DNA of 64,000 bases from Candidatus Kaiserbacteria bacterium (lineage in GTDB: Bacteria; Patescibacteriota; Minisyncoccia; Phycocordibacterales; Phycocordibacteraceae): contig CAWEXP010000004.1 of assembly GCA_963813065.1 (NCBI GenBank), positions 7,267 through 71,266 of the forward strand. Direction: 5' to 3'. The notes under the pieces were generated by a model, which was given only the letters and a program-made list of their open reading frames with translations, ran no database searches and had not been told where the DNA came from. Both the position numbers and the translations under genes were made by a program. Position 1 is the first letter of the stretch. Each line of letters begins with the position of its first letter. Positions 44,857 to 55,264 of this stretch are shown here, piece by piece.

Positions 44857-45588
44857 ATGAAATACATGTTCGCAAAAATCGCAGGCGCGATTGTTCTCGC
44901 AGTTGCACTGAGCGGATGCGGGGCCGTCTCGGCCTTGTCGGGCGGATTCATTGACTCGGGAAGAGCTCCTTCTGGAGTCTTCAACGGTAGCAGTAACCAG
45001 CAAATGTCGAAGGTCAAGTTGTTCAAGTCGGACTATGACCCGAGAACCGGGAAAAATCCGATTCTGTACAAACAGTATCAAGCTGTAGCGGATCTCGCTG
45101 AACGTCTTGGTATCCAGATCAAGTGGCAGACATCGTCCAAAGGCCAGGCTTGTTTGACCAACGGCGCTCCGTACCTCATCGCCGGTACTGCTGGCGGAGC
45201 CACGGAAGGCGCTTTTGCCCCCTCGGCGCTCGTTCCGGCCGCCGTGGTCAATGGAACTACGTATACGCTCGGTGGTTGCGTAAACGGTTTGGTCGTCCAC
45301 TCTTACGGAGGCGACTCTGCCTCTGGCGACTCGATCGAAAAAGCGATGCGCGACATCGAAAACGACGGCACGGAATACATGGTGGTGGTTGGCACGAAGA
45401 CAGTCAAAGATAAGGACGGTAAAGAACACCAGGAAGACATTACCGAATCGCTCTTCCACAACCTCCATGTAACCGCGTCATACGATGACAGCGGCAATCG
45501 CGATGATGCGCCGGCGCCAGAATTCGCCAAGCACATGCCGGACTTCCACGGCGCGGCGGTTGGTGTTCCGACGACGCAGAATCACTAA
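44857..45588 (+). CDS. Lipoprotein, function unknown.
   Basis: AAGGAG SD. Lipobox LAVALSGC. Terminator downstream. Confidence 0.5.
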   Translation: MKYMFAKIAGAIVLAVALSGCGAVSALSGGFIDSGRAPSGVFNGSSNQQMSKVKLFKSDYDPRTGKNPILYKQYQAVADLAERLGIQIKWQTSSKGQACLTNGAPYLIAGTAGGATEGAFAPSALVPAAVVNGTTYTLGGCVNGLVVHSYGGDSASGDSIEKAMRDIENDGTEYMVVVGTKTVKDKDGKEHQEDITESLFHNLHVTASYDDSGNRDDAPAPEFAKHMPDFHGAAVGVPTTQNH

Positions 45589-45612
45589 CTCCTCGTACCT
45601 TCAGATAACGAC

Positions 45613-45648
45613 ATTCGCGCAGGCCCTGGCCTGCGCGAATTTTTCTTA
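45613..45648 (+). terminator. Rho-independent terminator (attcgcgcaggcc-ctggcctgcgcgaat plus T5).
   Basis: 13 bp stem at 45613-45640 plus T run. Confidence 0.75.
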
Positions 45649-45663
45649 CTTATATTTGAGAAT

Positions 45664-46191
45664 CTATTTCCCTGCTTGCACGCTCCGGAGACGCACTTGG
45701 AAGACGAGTGTCGCATTCGGCGGAATCACGTTGCCCGCGCCCTGTGCGCCATAACCGAGCGTGGGCGGAATGACGAGTGTGCGTACACCGCCAACCTTCA
45801 TGCCCGCAACACCTTCGTCCCAACCCTTAATCACCTGCCCGGCGCCGAGCGTGAAGGTGAATCCGGTGGTGCCGTGATTCTGCGATGCATCGAAGACGGT
45901 GCCGTTGGTCAGCTCGCCGACGTAATCGACGGTGACCGAATCGCCTGCCTTGGCGACGGCACCCGTGCCGACGGTGTCGTCGCGCACTTCGAGCTGTGTT
46001 GCGTCAGGGATGTTCATAGTGGTGGTAGTTGCTTGAGTTTGAGTAGTGGTGTCAGCGGGATTCGTGGCAGTTTGTTGCGCAGGCGTTGTCTGCACCGGAG
46101 CACCGAAGGGCCAGAGACCAGGGAAAATAAAGAACGAAATGACAATGGCGAGTGCAAGCGCGACAGCGATACCAGTTTGGGTTTGGTTCAT
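45664..46191 (-). CDS. FKBP-type peptidyl-prolyl cis-trans isomerase with an N-terminal TM anchor.
   Basis: GQVIKGWDEGVAGMKVGGVRTLVIPPTLGYG...ATLVFQVRL. Confidence 0.8.
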   Translation of the reverse strand: MNQTQTGIAVALALAIVISFFIFPGLWPFGAPVQTTPAQQTATNPADTTTQTQATTTTMNIPDATQLEVRDDTVGTGAVAKAGDSVTVDYVGELTNGTVFDASQNHGTTGFTFTLGAGQVIKGWDEGVAGMKVGGVRTLVIPPTLGYGAQGAGNVIPPNATLVFQVRLRSVQAGK

Positions 46192-46206
46192 GGTGAGAAA
46201 AGTATA

Positions 46207-46503
46207 TCAGGACTGCTGGAACTCTTTAAACTTCTTGACCTCGTCGGCAACCGCGGCCTTCGCCACCTCTTCGTGGCCGGGCACCGTCGTATCGAGGAAT
46301 GTTTTGAGCGCGACGGGATCGGCCGCCTCGGAGAGCTTGGCAAATTCTTCACGTTTCTCGGCAGGCATCTTCTCGAGCACCGCGATAGTTGCCGCTTGGA
46401 GCGCCACCTCGCCGAACTGCGCGATAAGTTGCTCCTGCTCTGCGGCCGCGAGGTCGCTGATGCCCAGATCTGCCGCTATTGCTTTCATCATGTCATCTTG
46501 CAT
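46207..46503 (-). CDS. Hypothetical acidic protein (98 aa).
   Basis: ORF only. Confidence 0.35.
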   Translation of the reverse strand: MQDDMMKAIAADLGISDLAAAEQEQLIAQFGEVALQAATIAVLEKMPAEKREEFAKLSEAADPVALKTFLDTTVPGHEEVAKAAVADEVKKFKEFQQS

Positions 46504-46533
46504 GGAGAGATTGTATCACGTGAATAAAAAATG

Positions 46534-46758
46534 CTACGGAACCTTGGGGACACGGTGCGCGAGATCGTCGATGCTCGGCAAATGCTTTGGCAAGTCCGGA
46601 TTGAAGATGGTTCCCACGACGCCTCTTTCGCTCGTAGCAATCTTCACCGCGTTCTCCGTCGGATCCCAGTAGACCTGACTAATTTGCGGATTTGGAATGA
46701 TGCCCAAGATGGGCTTCGAGGAGTCGAAATAGACGATAGCCTTATGATCTGCCGTCAC
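46534..46758 (-). CDS. Hypothetical protein (74 aa or longer; start uncertain).
   Basis: ORF only. Confidence 0.3.
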   Translation of the reverse strand: MTADHKAIVYFDSSKPILGIIPNPQISQVYWDPTENAVKIATSERGVVGTIFNPDLPKHLPSIDDLAHRVPKVP

Positions 46759-46836
46759 CCAATCGAGCGCCTCTTGACCGCGCCTTGCGAGCTCGCCGCC
46801 ATAGACAATTTGTGCCGTACCGTCAGGGCTGGTAAA

Positions 46837-48996
46837 TCAATCAGCAACATGCTCGTCGACACGCAGACCCCACTTGTTCGGCAAAATATTCTCGTGCCCC
46901 GCAATTGGCGGCTCGGGATGCTCGGCACTTACTTCAGTCGGAGTGGTAGGCGCAGTTTCTGCCGAAGCCGGCGCGGTGTGCCCAGGGATAGCGTCGGCAT
47001 GCGTTGGTACGGACGCCGGCGCGGCCGCCTCGGCAGGCGCCGCGCCAGTGTGGTCTGCGCCCAGAACCACTTCATGCTGGGGAGTCGGCGTGACGGCGCC
47101 CTCATGCCCCGCCGGAGCCGCGTGTGCCGCTTCGGGGTGATACGGCGGTGTAGGCGTCGGCGTATGCTCAGGAGCTTGAACAAAATCCTGTTGAGTTGGG
47201 TTGAGGCGATGAAGTGTTGGGTCATCGATATGTACCTGATGGTCCGCACCAATGGTGATATGCGCGTTCGGATCAATCGCGATGCTCGTACCATCGGCGT
47301 TGTAGAAATGATGATCGGTCGCGATACGATGCACCACGCCGTCGATGGTCTGTTCGTTCGCCGTCACGAGCTTGTAGAGATCGCTATTTTTATCAGCGAT
47401 GGTATTCGGGTCAATATGCTGTTTCCAAATCTCCGCAGCCTCGCGCTTCAAGCTGTATTCGTAGCCATGCCCATGTGCGACACCCTCGGTCGGCATCGCG
47501 TGTGCCTCGGGCGGATGTGCCGAGACAGTCGCAGGCGTATGTTCAACTGGTGCCGAATGGTGGCCAAGCAAATTGCCGAACCATTCTCCGACACCGAGCG
47601 CTTCGAGTCCCATCACTGCGCCCTGACCAAGGAGCATGGTGCCCCCCATGTAGAGCATGGCTTGCCTCGCCGAACGCATATTTTTCTCCCGTTCCGTCGC
47701 ATTCGCGTACTTATGAGTGGGGTCCGCGGCAATCTTTGCATCAAGACTTTTACGTCGATTCATGCCAAAGCCGATGCCGCCCACAACGCGCTGAAGATAC
47801 ATGCCACCCAAGAGAATGCCCGAGACAATCGGTGCCACACCTGAAGTGAGCGCGGCCCCTCCGACGAGCGCTCCTGTGATTGCCAGCTTCTTGCTCCAAT
47901 GCAGTTTGTTATATGCCTCGATATTCTGCGTGATGTGCTTTTCCGACCAGACTCCAAGCTTCTTGCCACGCTCTTTCCAATCATCTTTATCTTTCGCAAG
48001 AAATGCCGTCATCTCTTCCGGACTCTTGTTTCGTTTGTGACCCTCTTGCATACCCATAATGAGCGAACGCAACTTGTCCTTCCATTCTCGACGTGTCTCC
48101 GGAGGATTCTTGCCAATGACTTCCCCAATCGTCACCATTGAACCAGGTTCGATGGTTTCTCCTTCCTTTGCCTCGTCCTCCCTCAGCGTATCGAGTGATG
48201 CTGATTCCTCACCACGTGCGGCACGTTCTTCCGCGTGGAGTTGGTCCTCGAGAGCTTGCATTTTTGATTCGATGTCGGGAATCTTCACCCCAGGGCGCGC
48301 CGCCTGTTCCTCGAGATCCTTTATTTGGGCCTTGAGTTCATCAGCGCGAATTTGGTGCTGTGCTGTCGTGCGCTGTTTCTCTGCAGCGCGGATTTGTTCT
48401 TCTGCGGCAAGTACTTTTGCTTCTCTTGTTGTATCCTTGAAACCTTCATGTGCTTTTTCGGCCTGTTCGAGCGACGCGACTTCAGCACGAGCCGACCCAA
48501 TTTTTTCCTCTGCGGTTTTCAAAGCTTCGCCCTTATCCTCACCGGTCTGCGCAAGTGCTTCACGCGCATCACGCGCAGTTTTCTCCATCGCCGCCTGTTC
48601 TTCAGTCGTTCGCGGTGCCGACTCAACCGATGGGAAAATGAGAGAAGATTTTTCGGTGGGAACCGTGGCAGGCTCTACTTCTTTTTGGGGCAGTTTCGCG
48701 CGATTATTTTTATATGTCTGTAAACGGCCTGCATTGCGTTCAATTTCTTCGTGGCGGCGCTGTGATTCAAGGATGTCTCCAGCTGCTTTGCGTACGGCAG
48801 CGGCGTGCTCTTCGGCCTCAACATTAGGATCGGTGAATGAAATCTTTTTGGGCTGTTCAATCTCGAGGGGCGCTGGTTCTGCGGGTAATTCGAGCACGGC
48901 CTCATCAGGCTTCGTGGCGTGCACTTCGCGCACGACATCGGCAAAAGTCATTTCCTTATCTTGTTTCTTCGGTGGTTCGGGCGGAATTGTCTCCAT
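46837..48996 (-). CDS. Large membrane protein (719 aa). Long N-terminal coiled coil, central TM helices and a His/Pro/Ala/Thr-rich C-terminal tail. Possible partner of the upstream VirB4-like ATPase.
   Basis: EAK-rich coiled coil at residues 60-280. TM segments LAITGALVGGAALTSGVAPIVSGILLGGMYL and GGTMLLGQGAVMGLEALGV. No enzymatic motif. Confidence 0.5.
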   Translation of the reverse strand: METIPPEPPKKQDKEMTFADVVREVHATKPDEAVLELPAEPAPLEIEQPKKISFTDPNVEAEEHAAAVRKAAGDILESQRRHEEIERNAGRLQTYKNNRAKLPQKEVEPATVPTEKSSLIFPSVESAPRTTEEQAAMEKTARDAREALAQTGEDKGEALKTAEEKIGSARAEVASLEQAEKAHEGFKDTTREAKVLAAEEQIRAAEKQRTTAQHQIRADELKAQIKDLEEQAARPGVKIPDIESKMQALEDQLHAEERAARGEESASLDTLREDEAKEGETIEPGSMVTIGEVIGKNPPETRREWKDKLRSLIMGMQEGHKRNKSPEEMTAFLAKDKDDWKERGKKLGVWSEKHITQNIEAYNKLHWSKKLAITGALVGGAALTSGVAPIVSGILLGGMYLQRVVGGIGFGMNRRKSLDAKIAADPTHKYANATEREKNMRSARQAMLYMGGTMLLGQGAVMGLEALGVGEWFGNLLGHHSAPVEHTPATVSAHPPEAHAMPTEGVAHGHGYEYSLKREAAEIWKQHIDPNTIADKNSDLYKLVTANEQTIDGVVHRIATDHHFYNADGTSIAIDPNAHITIGADHQVHIDDPTLHRLNPTQQDFVQAPEHTPTPTPPYHPEAAHAAPAGHEGAVTPTPQHEVVLGADHTGAAPAEAAAPASVPTHADAIPGHTAPASAETAPTTPTEVSAEHPEPPIAGHENILPNKWGLRVDEHVAD

Positions 48997-48997
48997 A

Positions 48998-51724
48998 TTA
49001 TTTCGTCAGATAACGCTCACGAATCATATTCTCTACGGTAGCACGGTCACGCCCATAGGTGAGCGCGGACAACTGCACAAGGTCTTCGATTTGTCCTGGG
49101 TTGCCGACCGGATAATCGGGCGTTTTGAGATCAAATGGTTTCTGCGGCACGCCCTTTGCCAGAATTTTCACGTACGCATTTCTATTTTCAACATTGACGA
49201 AGTCGAGTGCCTGGAACACGGGCGCGAATTGCTTGGCAAAAAATTCGGCATCTTCTTCGCCGACACGGAAGACGGCCATGTTACCCACATTGCCGAAGAC
49301 GGCGTCGCGCGTTTTCTCCTCGATCTGCGCGAGGAATTGATGCGCGACCGTGAGCGACAATTTATATTTACGCGCCTCCGAGAGAATGCCCGGAATCGAG
49401 TCAGTGGTGACGTTCTGGAATTCATCTATATATAAGTAAAACGGAGAGTGGCTGGCGCGCGGATCGTCGGCGCGCGAGAGCGCGGACATGAAGAGCTTGC
49501 CGACGACGATGAGGCCGAGCAGATTCGCATTCTTCTCCCCGAGTCTGCCTTTCGAAAGGTTGATGAGCAGAATTTTCTTCGTATCCATCACCTCGCGGAA
49601 ATTGAAGGAAGAAATCTGCTGGCCGACAATGGGGCGAATGAAGTCATTGGCGGTGAAATCGTCGAACTTGTTGGTGATGTAGGGGACGATATTTTCGAGT
49701 GAAGCTTCCCCACCCGCCTTGGTCGCAATTTCTTGCCAGAATTGATTCACAATCGGATTCAAACTCTTCGCGAGCTTCTGTTTGCGGAACTCGCTGTTGG
49801 CGAGCACGCGCGCAATGTCGAGAATGGTCGAGCCGCTCGCGGGATCCTCCATCACGAGCTGGGTCGCATTGCGGAAATATTGTTCGAAGGCGGGACCCAT
49901 GCTCTCGGGCACGTCGCCATAGAGTCGGCGGAAAATCATCAAGAGCTCGTTGACGATAAAGGTCTTCTGCTCTGGGTGTGCTGGGTCGTATTCCAAGAAA
50001 TTTAATCCGAACGGACGAGACAAATCGGCCGGGTCGAAATAAATGACGTCCTTGTACCGCTCGGGCGGCACGGCCGCGAGCACATCGAGAATGTCCGAGC
50101 CGTGCGGATCGATGAAGCAACACCCCTCACCCGCCTTGATGTCCTGGATAATGAGCGACTTCAAGAGGCCGGTCTTACCAGTGCCGGTCTGACCAATCAC
50201 ATAGAGGTGGCGCAGGCGATCCTCGGGCTCGAGATACACTTTCGTTTCTTGGCCGCGATAATTATTCATACCAACGAGCACGCCCGATTGCGGGAGCGAG
50301 AGCGGCGCTGGCGCGTGCGTGAAGCGCGATTGCTTCAGGTGCGGCGAGGATTCGATACCCTTTGGCGGGAAATGGTAGAGCGTTGTAAGTTCGCGGAGCG
50401 AGAGCGGGAGCGCCTCTCGATCAGGAATACGGAAGGAAAAATCGCTCAAGATTGCGTTGGCCTTGCTGCCCGCAAGTGGACGCACGAATTCGAGCCGATT
50501 GCCCTGCGTATTCGTAAACTGATTGAAGGCCGCCTCGAGCTCGCCGAGCACTTGGCCAGCCTTACCGGCGTCGCGCGAAGAAACTGCAAGTCGAATGCTC
50601 GCGCCGACGATGGGCGCAGAAATCTTTTTTTCTAATTGCTCAATCTCGGCCTTGTTGGCCTCGGCCTGGCGCGTCTCGGCCTGCTTCGCCTTCTCCGCAT
50701 CCTTGGGCTTACTCGAGAAGAGCGCCTTGCTGAAGTCGCGCGTGAGCTCGCCCAGCGCAGTCTCGGGCGCCGAGAATGCGACCGAGCGTTTCTCGCCTTT
50801 GCGCAGTGCGCCGAGAATTTTTCGATAATGCTGAACGTGTCGCTCGCCGCGTGGTTCGATAATAATCTGGAGCGCGGCGCCTTCGTGCGTGTGGTCAATC
50901 TTGGCAAACGCATTCAGCACCGCATTTAATGGGTCATAATCGAAATCGTTGTAATCCTTGAGCGGAAGCGCGGGATGCGCAGGGAGCGTCGCGCGCGAGA
51001 CCACCGCCGTGCCACCCTCGGCGAAGATGTTGTAGTCGTTTAATTGCGGCGAGAGATGTGCCGCGGGGAAAATCGCGAGAATTTGTTTTTCAAAAAGGTC
51101 GCGCTTGGCGTTTGGTATCGCGGCATAGAATTGGAGCTCGGGGCTGTCGGCGGGCACCGCGAGCTCGAGCGCGTAATACGCGGGCTCGCCCCGCGCGGAC
51201 GACTCGACCGAGAGCAGACCAGAATAAAATTGTTCCATCGCGCTAATAAGCTCCTTCAACGTCTTTGCGCGCTCCTCGGGCGCCGAAGCGGGCGCGGGGA
51301 GCGCGATCTCGTAGAGCGTCATGCGAAGCGCCTGGAAACGGGGCGCCTTCTCGTCGAAACCAACCGTCGGCAGACCTGCGGCGATATAGCGGACGAGGTA
51401 GCGATGGAAATCGTCGGCGAGGCGCGGATTATTTAATCGCTCGACCACGGCGAGCGCATTCTTGATGCCCTGCTTCTCGAGGGTCGGCAATAATTTCTTG
51501 ATGGCTTCTTCGCCACCACCGAGGTCGAGCTCGGTCAGCACCGTATTCGCAACACTCTCTGCCACCGCGTTCTCGATGCGATAGTTCTCGGCGAGAATCT
51601 CGGCGGGCGCGCTCGCGTGCGCGTGCAATTGTTCAGCTACGATTTCTTCGCGCTTCACGGGGGAACCCTCGGGGTGCGCCGCAGAGAGCTCAGCCTCCTT
51701 CTGCGCAATCTGTGCGCGCAACAC
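48998..51724 (-). CDS. VirB4/TraC-like (AAA_10/DUF87-type) P-loop ATPase of a type-IV-secretion or conjugation-like apparatus.
   Basis: 908 aa. Walker A VIGQTGTGKTGLL. Walker B YLYIDEFQNV. RK...xQ motif EARKYKLSLTVAHQ. Confidence 0.55.
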   Translation of the reverse strand: MLRAQIAQKEAELSAAHPEGSPVKREEIVAEQLHAHASAPAEILAENYRIENAVAESVANTVLTELDLGGGEEAIKKLLPTLEKQGIKNALAVVERLNNPRLADDFHRYLVRYIAAGLPTVGFDEKAPRFQALRMTLYEIALPAPASAPEERAKTLKELISAMEQFYSGLLSVESSARGEPAYYALELAVPADSPELQFYAAIPNAKRDLFEKQILAIFPAAHLSPQLNDYNIFAEGGTAVVSRATLPAHPALPLKDYNDFDYDPLNAVLNAFAKIDHTHEGAALQIIIEPRGERHVQHYRKILGALRKGEKRSVAFSAPETALGELTRDFSKALFSSKPKDAEKAKQAETRQAEANKAEIEQLEKKISAPIVGASIRLAVSSRDAGKAGQVLGELEAAFNQFTNTQGNRLEFVRPLAGSKANAILSDFSFRIPDREALPLSLRELTTLYHFPPKGIESSPHLKQSRFTHAPAPLSLPQSGVLVGMNNYRGQETKVYLEPEDRLRHLYVIGQTGTGKTGLLKSLIIQDIKAGEGCCFIDPHGSDILDVLAAVPPERYKDVIYFDPADLSRPFGLNFLEYDPAHPEQKTFIVNELLMIFRRLYGDVPESMGPAFEQYFRNATQLVMEDPASGSTILDIARVLANSEFRKQKLAKSLNPIVNQFWQEIATKAGGEASLENIVPYITNKFDDFTANDFIRPIVGQQISSFNFREVMDTKKILLINLSKGRLGEKNANLLGLIVVGKLFMSALSRADDPRASHSPFYLYIDEFQNVTTDSIPGILSEARKYKLSLTVAHQFLAQIEEKTRDAVFGNVGNMAVFRVGEEDAEFFAKQFAPVFQALDFVNVENRNAYVKILAKGVPQKPFDLKTPDYPVGNPGQIEDLVQLSALTYGRDRATVENMIRERYLTK

Positions 51725-51809
51725 GCCAGCTCCTCCTCTGGACTCGCAAGCTTAGGCGCTGATTCCATAGGGCGAAGTATATCAAATATTTTCTGCTACA
51801 CTGCGACAC

Positions 51810-52436
51810 ATGCACGCATTCCTCCTCGCGCTTCTGCACCTCGACCCGGTCGCTATCTTGATGGCGGGCGGCTACGTGGGCATCGCGCTCATCGTTTTCG
51901 CGGAGACGGGCATCTTGCTCGGCATCATCTTCCCCGGTGATTCGCTCCTCTTCGCCGCGGGGCTCCTCGCGGCAGGCGGATTCTTCAATCCGGTCGCGCT
52001 CATTATTATTGTGCCCAGCGCCGCCGTACTCGGCGGCGTCTTCGGGTATTGGTTCGGCACGCGCATCGGCCCGCGACTCTTCACGCGAGAGGACGCGCTC
52101 ATATTTAAACGTGCACACGTCGCGCGTACGCAAGCGTTTTTCGAGAAGTATGGCGCTCGCGCGATCTTGCTCGCGCGCTTCGTGCCAGTCGTGCGCGCGT
52201 TCGCGCCCGTGCTCGCGGGCGTTGGGCACATGCCCTACCGCCGCTTTTTCCTCTACAATCTCATCGGCGGCGTCGCCTGGGGCGCGGGCGTTGTCGCGCT
52301 CGGGTACTTCCTTGGCTCACTAATCCCGAACAGCATCCACTACGTCCTCCCGCTCTCGCTCCTCGTCATCGTGATTTCTTTCGTGCCGATTATTGCAGAG
52401 TATTACTCAAGTTCCCGATCTGGGTATAGTAATTGA
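51810..52436 (+). CDS. dedA: DedA/SNARE-associated (VTT domain) membrane protein.
   Basis: FPGDSLLFAAGLLAA...ARFVPVVRAFAPVLAGV. Confidence 0.8.
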   Translation: MHAFLLALLHLDPVAILMAGGYVGIALIVFAETGILLGIIFPGDSLLFAAGLLAAGGFFNPVALIIIVPSAAVLGGVFGYWFGTRIGPRLFTREDALIFKRAHVARTQAFFEKYGARAILLARFVPVVRAFAPVLAGVGHMPYRRFFLYNLIGGVAWGAGVVALGYFLGSLIPNSIHYVLPLSLLVIVISFVPIIAEYYSSSRSGYSN

Positions 52437-52605
52437 GGAACGACGGGACGGCGAAGAAGAGCCCGATGAGCGGGATGACGATGAGCGCAGCGGTTATGAT
52501 GCCCGTCCAGAGCATCCATTTCCGCACGGTCTCAGCAGCTCTATAAGCCGCATCTACTTTTTTCTCGAGTGCGTCGAGACGCGCCGCTAGCTCGGGATCA
52601 ATCAT
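52390..52605 (-). CDS. Small membrane protein (71 aa).
   Basis: ORF with one TM. Overlaps the 3' end of dedA on the opposite strand. Confidence 0.25.
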   Translation of the reverse strand: MIDPELAARLDALEKKVDAAYRAAETVRKWMLWTGIITAALIVIPLIGLFFAVPSFLNYYTQIGNLSNTLQ

Positions 52606-52608
52606 GGA

Positions 52609-52947
52609 CTATTTGTCGTCGCCCCAGGAGTTGAAGACCCAATTGATGATGGCGAGTACGAGTGCGAAGAGGAGCGCGGAACCAAAACCGCCCACCGAGA
52701 AGCCCGGCACAATGAGCGCGGCGAGGAGTACGAGACAGGCGTTGATCACGAGCGAGAAGAGACCGAGCGTCAGGATGTTGATCGGGAGCGTTAGCACGAG
52801 AATAATCGGTTTGATAAAGAGATTCAGCGCACCGAGTACGACGGCCGCGATGAGCGCGGAGATCGGCGTAATCGAGATACCCGGGACGACGAACGCGGCG
52901 ACGAGCAATGCGACCGCCGAGATGAGCCAGTGCAATAAGATTTTCAT
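52609..52947 (-). CDS. DUF360/holin-family-4-like membrane protein.
   Basis: ALIAAVVLGALNLFIKPIILVLTLPINILTLGLFSLVINACL is PF04020-like. Start at MKILLHWL. Confidence 0.5.
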   Translation of the reverse strand: MKILLHWLISAVALLVAAFVVPGISITPISALIAAVVLGALNLFIKPIILVLTLPINILTLGLFSLVINACLVLLAALIVPGFSVGGFGSALLFALVLAIINWVFNSWGDDK

Positions 52948-53047
52948 ACAAGAAGTATAGCAAATAGTTCTGGCCTTCTTTACCATACTTGACAGAACAC
53001 TTACAAATTATACAGTCGTACCGAAACCTAGTCCTTTGGAGGACCCT

Positions 53048-53305
53048 ATGGCAACCAAGCCGCAGAACGAACGTCCCTTCCGACACCAGGGGCCCCATGG
53101 CTCGGAGCTCAGCGCCGAGCGTTGCGATTTCAAGGGCGTCACCACACTCGCGACGCCGCGCCACCTCTCGAGAAAACAGTTCGCGCAAGATGTGGCGGCC
53201 ATTATCGGCTATCATGCGGCGATCATCTTCCCGGAATTCCCCGCCGGCACGCCATTCTCCGGTTATGATTCCGTACTCCAGAATCTAACCATTGTCGAAA
53301 TCTAG
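53048..53305 (+). CDS. Hypothetical protein (85 aa).
   Basis: GGAGG SD. Terminator downstream. Confidence 0.35.
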   Translation: MATKPQNERPFRHQGPHGSELSAERCDFKGVTTLATPRHLSRKQFAQDVAAIIGYHAAIIFPEFPAGTPFSGYDSVLQNLTIVEI

Positions 53306-53321
53306 TCCGAGTATTTCCCTA

Positions 53322-54501
53322 TCAACAACCCCGCTTCGGCGGGTTTTTCTTTAGTGATGATGGCTGTGTGTTTGCGAATGTTCCGACGACCAGCGAGTCA
53401 GCAAAAATATCGCGGCGAGTCGTCGTGATGGGCACCGCGAGCACAATCCCGAGAGAGCCGACGATGGCGCGGACGACCTCCGTCGCGAACATTTCGTGAT
53501 TAATAGTCTGGAGGAAAGATTCGTCACCATAGGATTGGAAGAGGAGCAGGAGCGGTAACGAGACGCCGACGTAAGCGATGGCGAGCGTGTTGACCAGGGC
53601 GCCGATGTGTTCGCGACCCATGCGCAGGGCGCGCTGGAAGAGGTGTGTGCGCGACAGGCCAGGATTCGCTCGGAGCAATTCCTCGACTGCAACGGCCTGA
53701 CCGATGGCGGCGTCATAGAGGATACCGAGCGCGCCAATCAGCATCGCGCCGAGCAAGAGGCCGACGAAATTAATCGAACCTTTCGTCGCGAAATTAAGGT
53801 AGACCGCGCTCTCATCGGCGAAACCGGAGAGCTGGGTTGCAGAGACCGCCACTTGAGCAATGACTGCCGTCACCGCGACCGTCGCGACGAGGCCCAAGAC
53901 CGCCGCGCTCGTGGTGCGATTCACGCCGTGGGTTAGATACGAGCCGAGAATGACGATAAGCCCCGCGACACCAGCGGCGACGAACAGCGGATTGTAGCCA
54001 GCAGAAATGCCAGGCAAGAGCGCATAAAAAACAAGCAAGATACTGACGGCGAGCGAGAGTAAGCCACGGAGCCCCGTCCAGCCACCGACCAGAATCACCA
54101 CGAGCACGAAGACGCCGAGCAAGATGCCGAGCGCCGGCAAGCGATCGGGCTCGAGGACGTTATAGATATCGAGTCCTTCAGAAAGATTGGTGGTATGGGT
54201 AAGGAAAAAAATATCGCCGGATTTCATGGCGAGATAATCGTTCTGCACCTCGACCGTCTTCCCCGCGTCGCTCCCCGAGAGCACGAGCGCCCTGAGCCGT
54301 CTGGTACGTCGCGCTTGTGTCAGTGCCGGGGATATTTTTAATTTGAGAACTTTCGATTGAAACGACTTGCGCTTTCTCGGTCACAATCGTTTCGTTCGTT
54401 GATTGCTCGCCGGGCGCGGCGGCGTGCGCCGTGCCTACCGACAGGCAGGCGACCGGCGCAATGAATACGAGCGAGAGGAATAAGAAAAATCGCCAGCTCA
54501 T
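53322..54501 (-). pseudogene. YibE/F-family membrane protein split by a frameshift near 54285-54330.
   Basis: N-terminal signal-peptide and extracellular part in ORF 54178-54525. TM core in ORF 53322-54284. Confidence 0.55.
53325..53352 (+). terminator. Rho-independent terminator (aaccccgcttcggcgggtt plus T6). It overlaps the 3' end of the minus-strand yibE/F-like gene.
   Basis: Stem at 53327-53345 plus T run. Confidence 0.65.
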
Positions 54502-54502
54502 A

Positions 54503-55225
54503 TCAGCCGGCGATGTGCACTGCAACGAATATCAACGCGGCTCCCGCGAGAGTCGCGAGGGTGGTGAAGAGGCGCGGATGCCGATGATGGCTCTCGGGAA
54601 TCAGGTCGCTCGCCGAGATGTAGAGGAAGAATCCGGCGAAAACCGCGAGCACGAGGCCGATAGCAGAATCGCTGATATGGAAGAAGAGGGTCGAGAGGAT
54701 GCCGAGCACAGGGGCCAGCGCGTCGGCGAGGAACCAACGAAATGCCTGACGCATTGAGCCGCCACTGCGCAGGACGAGATTCACGGTGTTCACGCCATCA
54801 GAGAAGTCGTGCACGAGGACGGCGACTGCAATGATGACGCCAACCGCCGTCGAGACCTGGAAGCCAATGCCGATGCCCACGCCGTCGAGGAAACTGTGAA
54901 TCGAGAGCGTAGCAGCGCCGAAACTTGCTCGTGCTGGATTCGCTCCGTCGTGGTCATGGTCGCCATGCGTGTGGAAGAGTACGGTGCGATCAAGCACGAG
55001 ATAGCCGAGGAAGCCCAGGCCGATGGCGAAGAGAATCGTTTCCGGCGTGTGATACGCGATGCCAATCGCAACCGCCTCCTTCGCGAGATCGAAGAGCGCA
55101 ACGCCGAGCACCGCTCCCGCCGAGAATCCGAGTAAGAGATGCAGACGGTCCTTCAGCTTGAGCGCGACCGAGCCGCCGATGAGAGTGGCGAGGAAGGCTC
55201 CGCAGGCGATGAGGATGAGAATCAT
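54503..55225 (-). CDS. zupT: ZIP-family zinc transporter.
   Basis: HSFLDGVGIG and HDFSDG motifs. 240 aa. Confidence 0.85.
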   Translation of the reverse strand: MILILIACGAFLATLIGGSVALKLKDRLHLLLGFSAGAVLGVALFDLAKEAVAIGIAYHTPETILFAIGLGFLGYLVLDRTVLFHTHGDHDHDGANPARASFGAATLSIHSFLDGVGIGIGFQVSTAVGVIIAVAVLVHDFSDGVNTVNLVLRSGGSMRQAFRWFLADALAPVLGILSTLFFHISDSAIGLVLAVFAGFFLYISASDLIPESHHRHPRLFTTLATLAGAALIFVAVHIAG

Positions 55226-55264
55226 AGGGTGGTCTCCGTAAGAAAGGACAGACTGGTAGGTATA

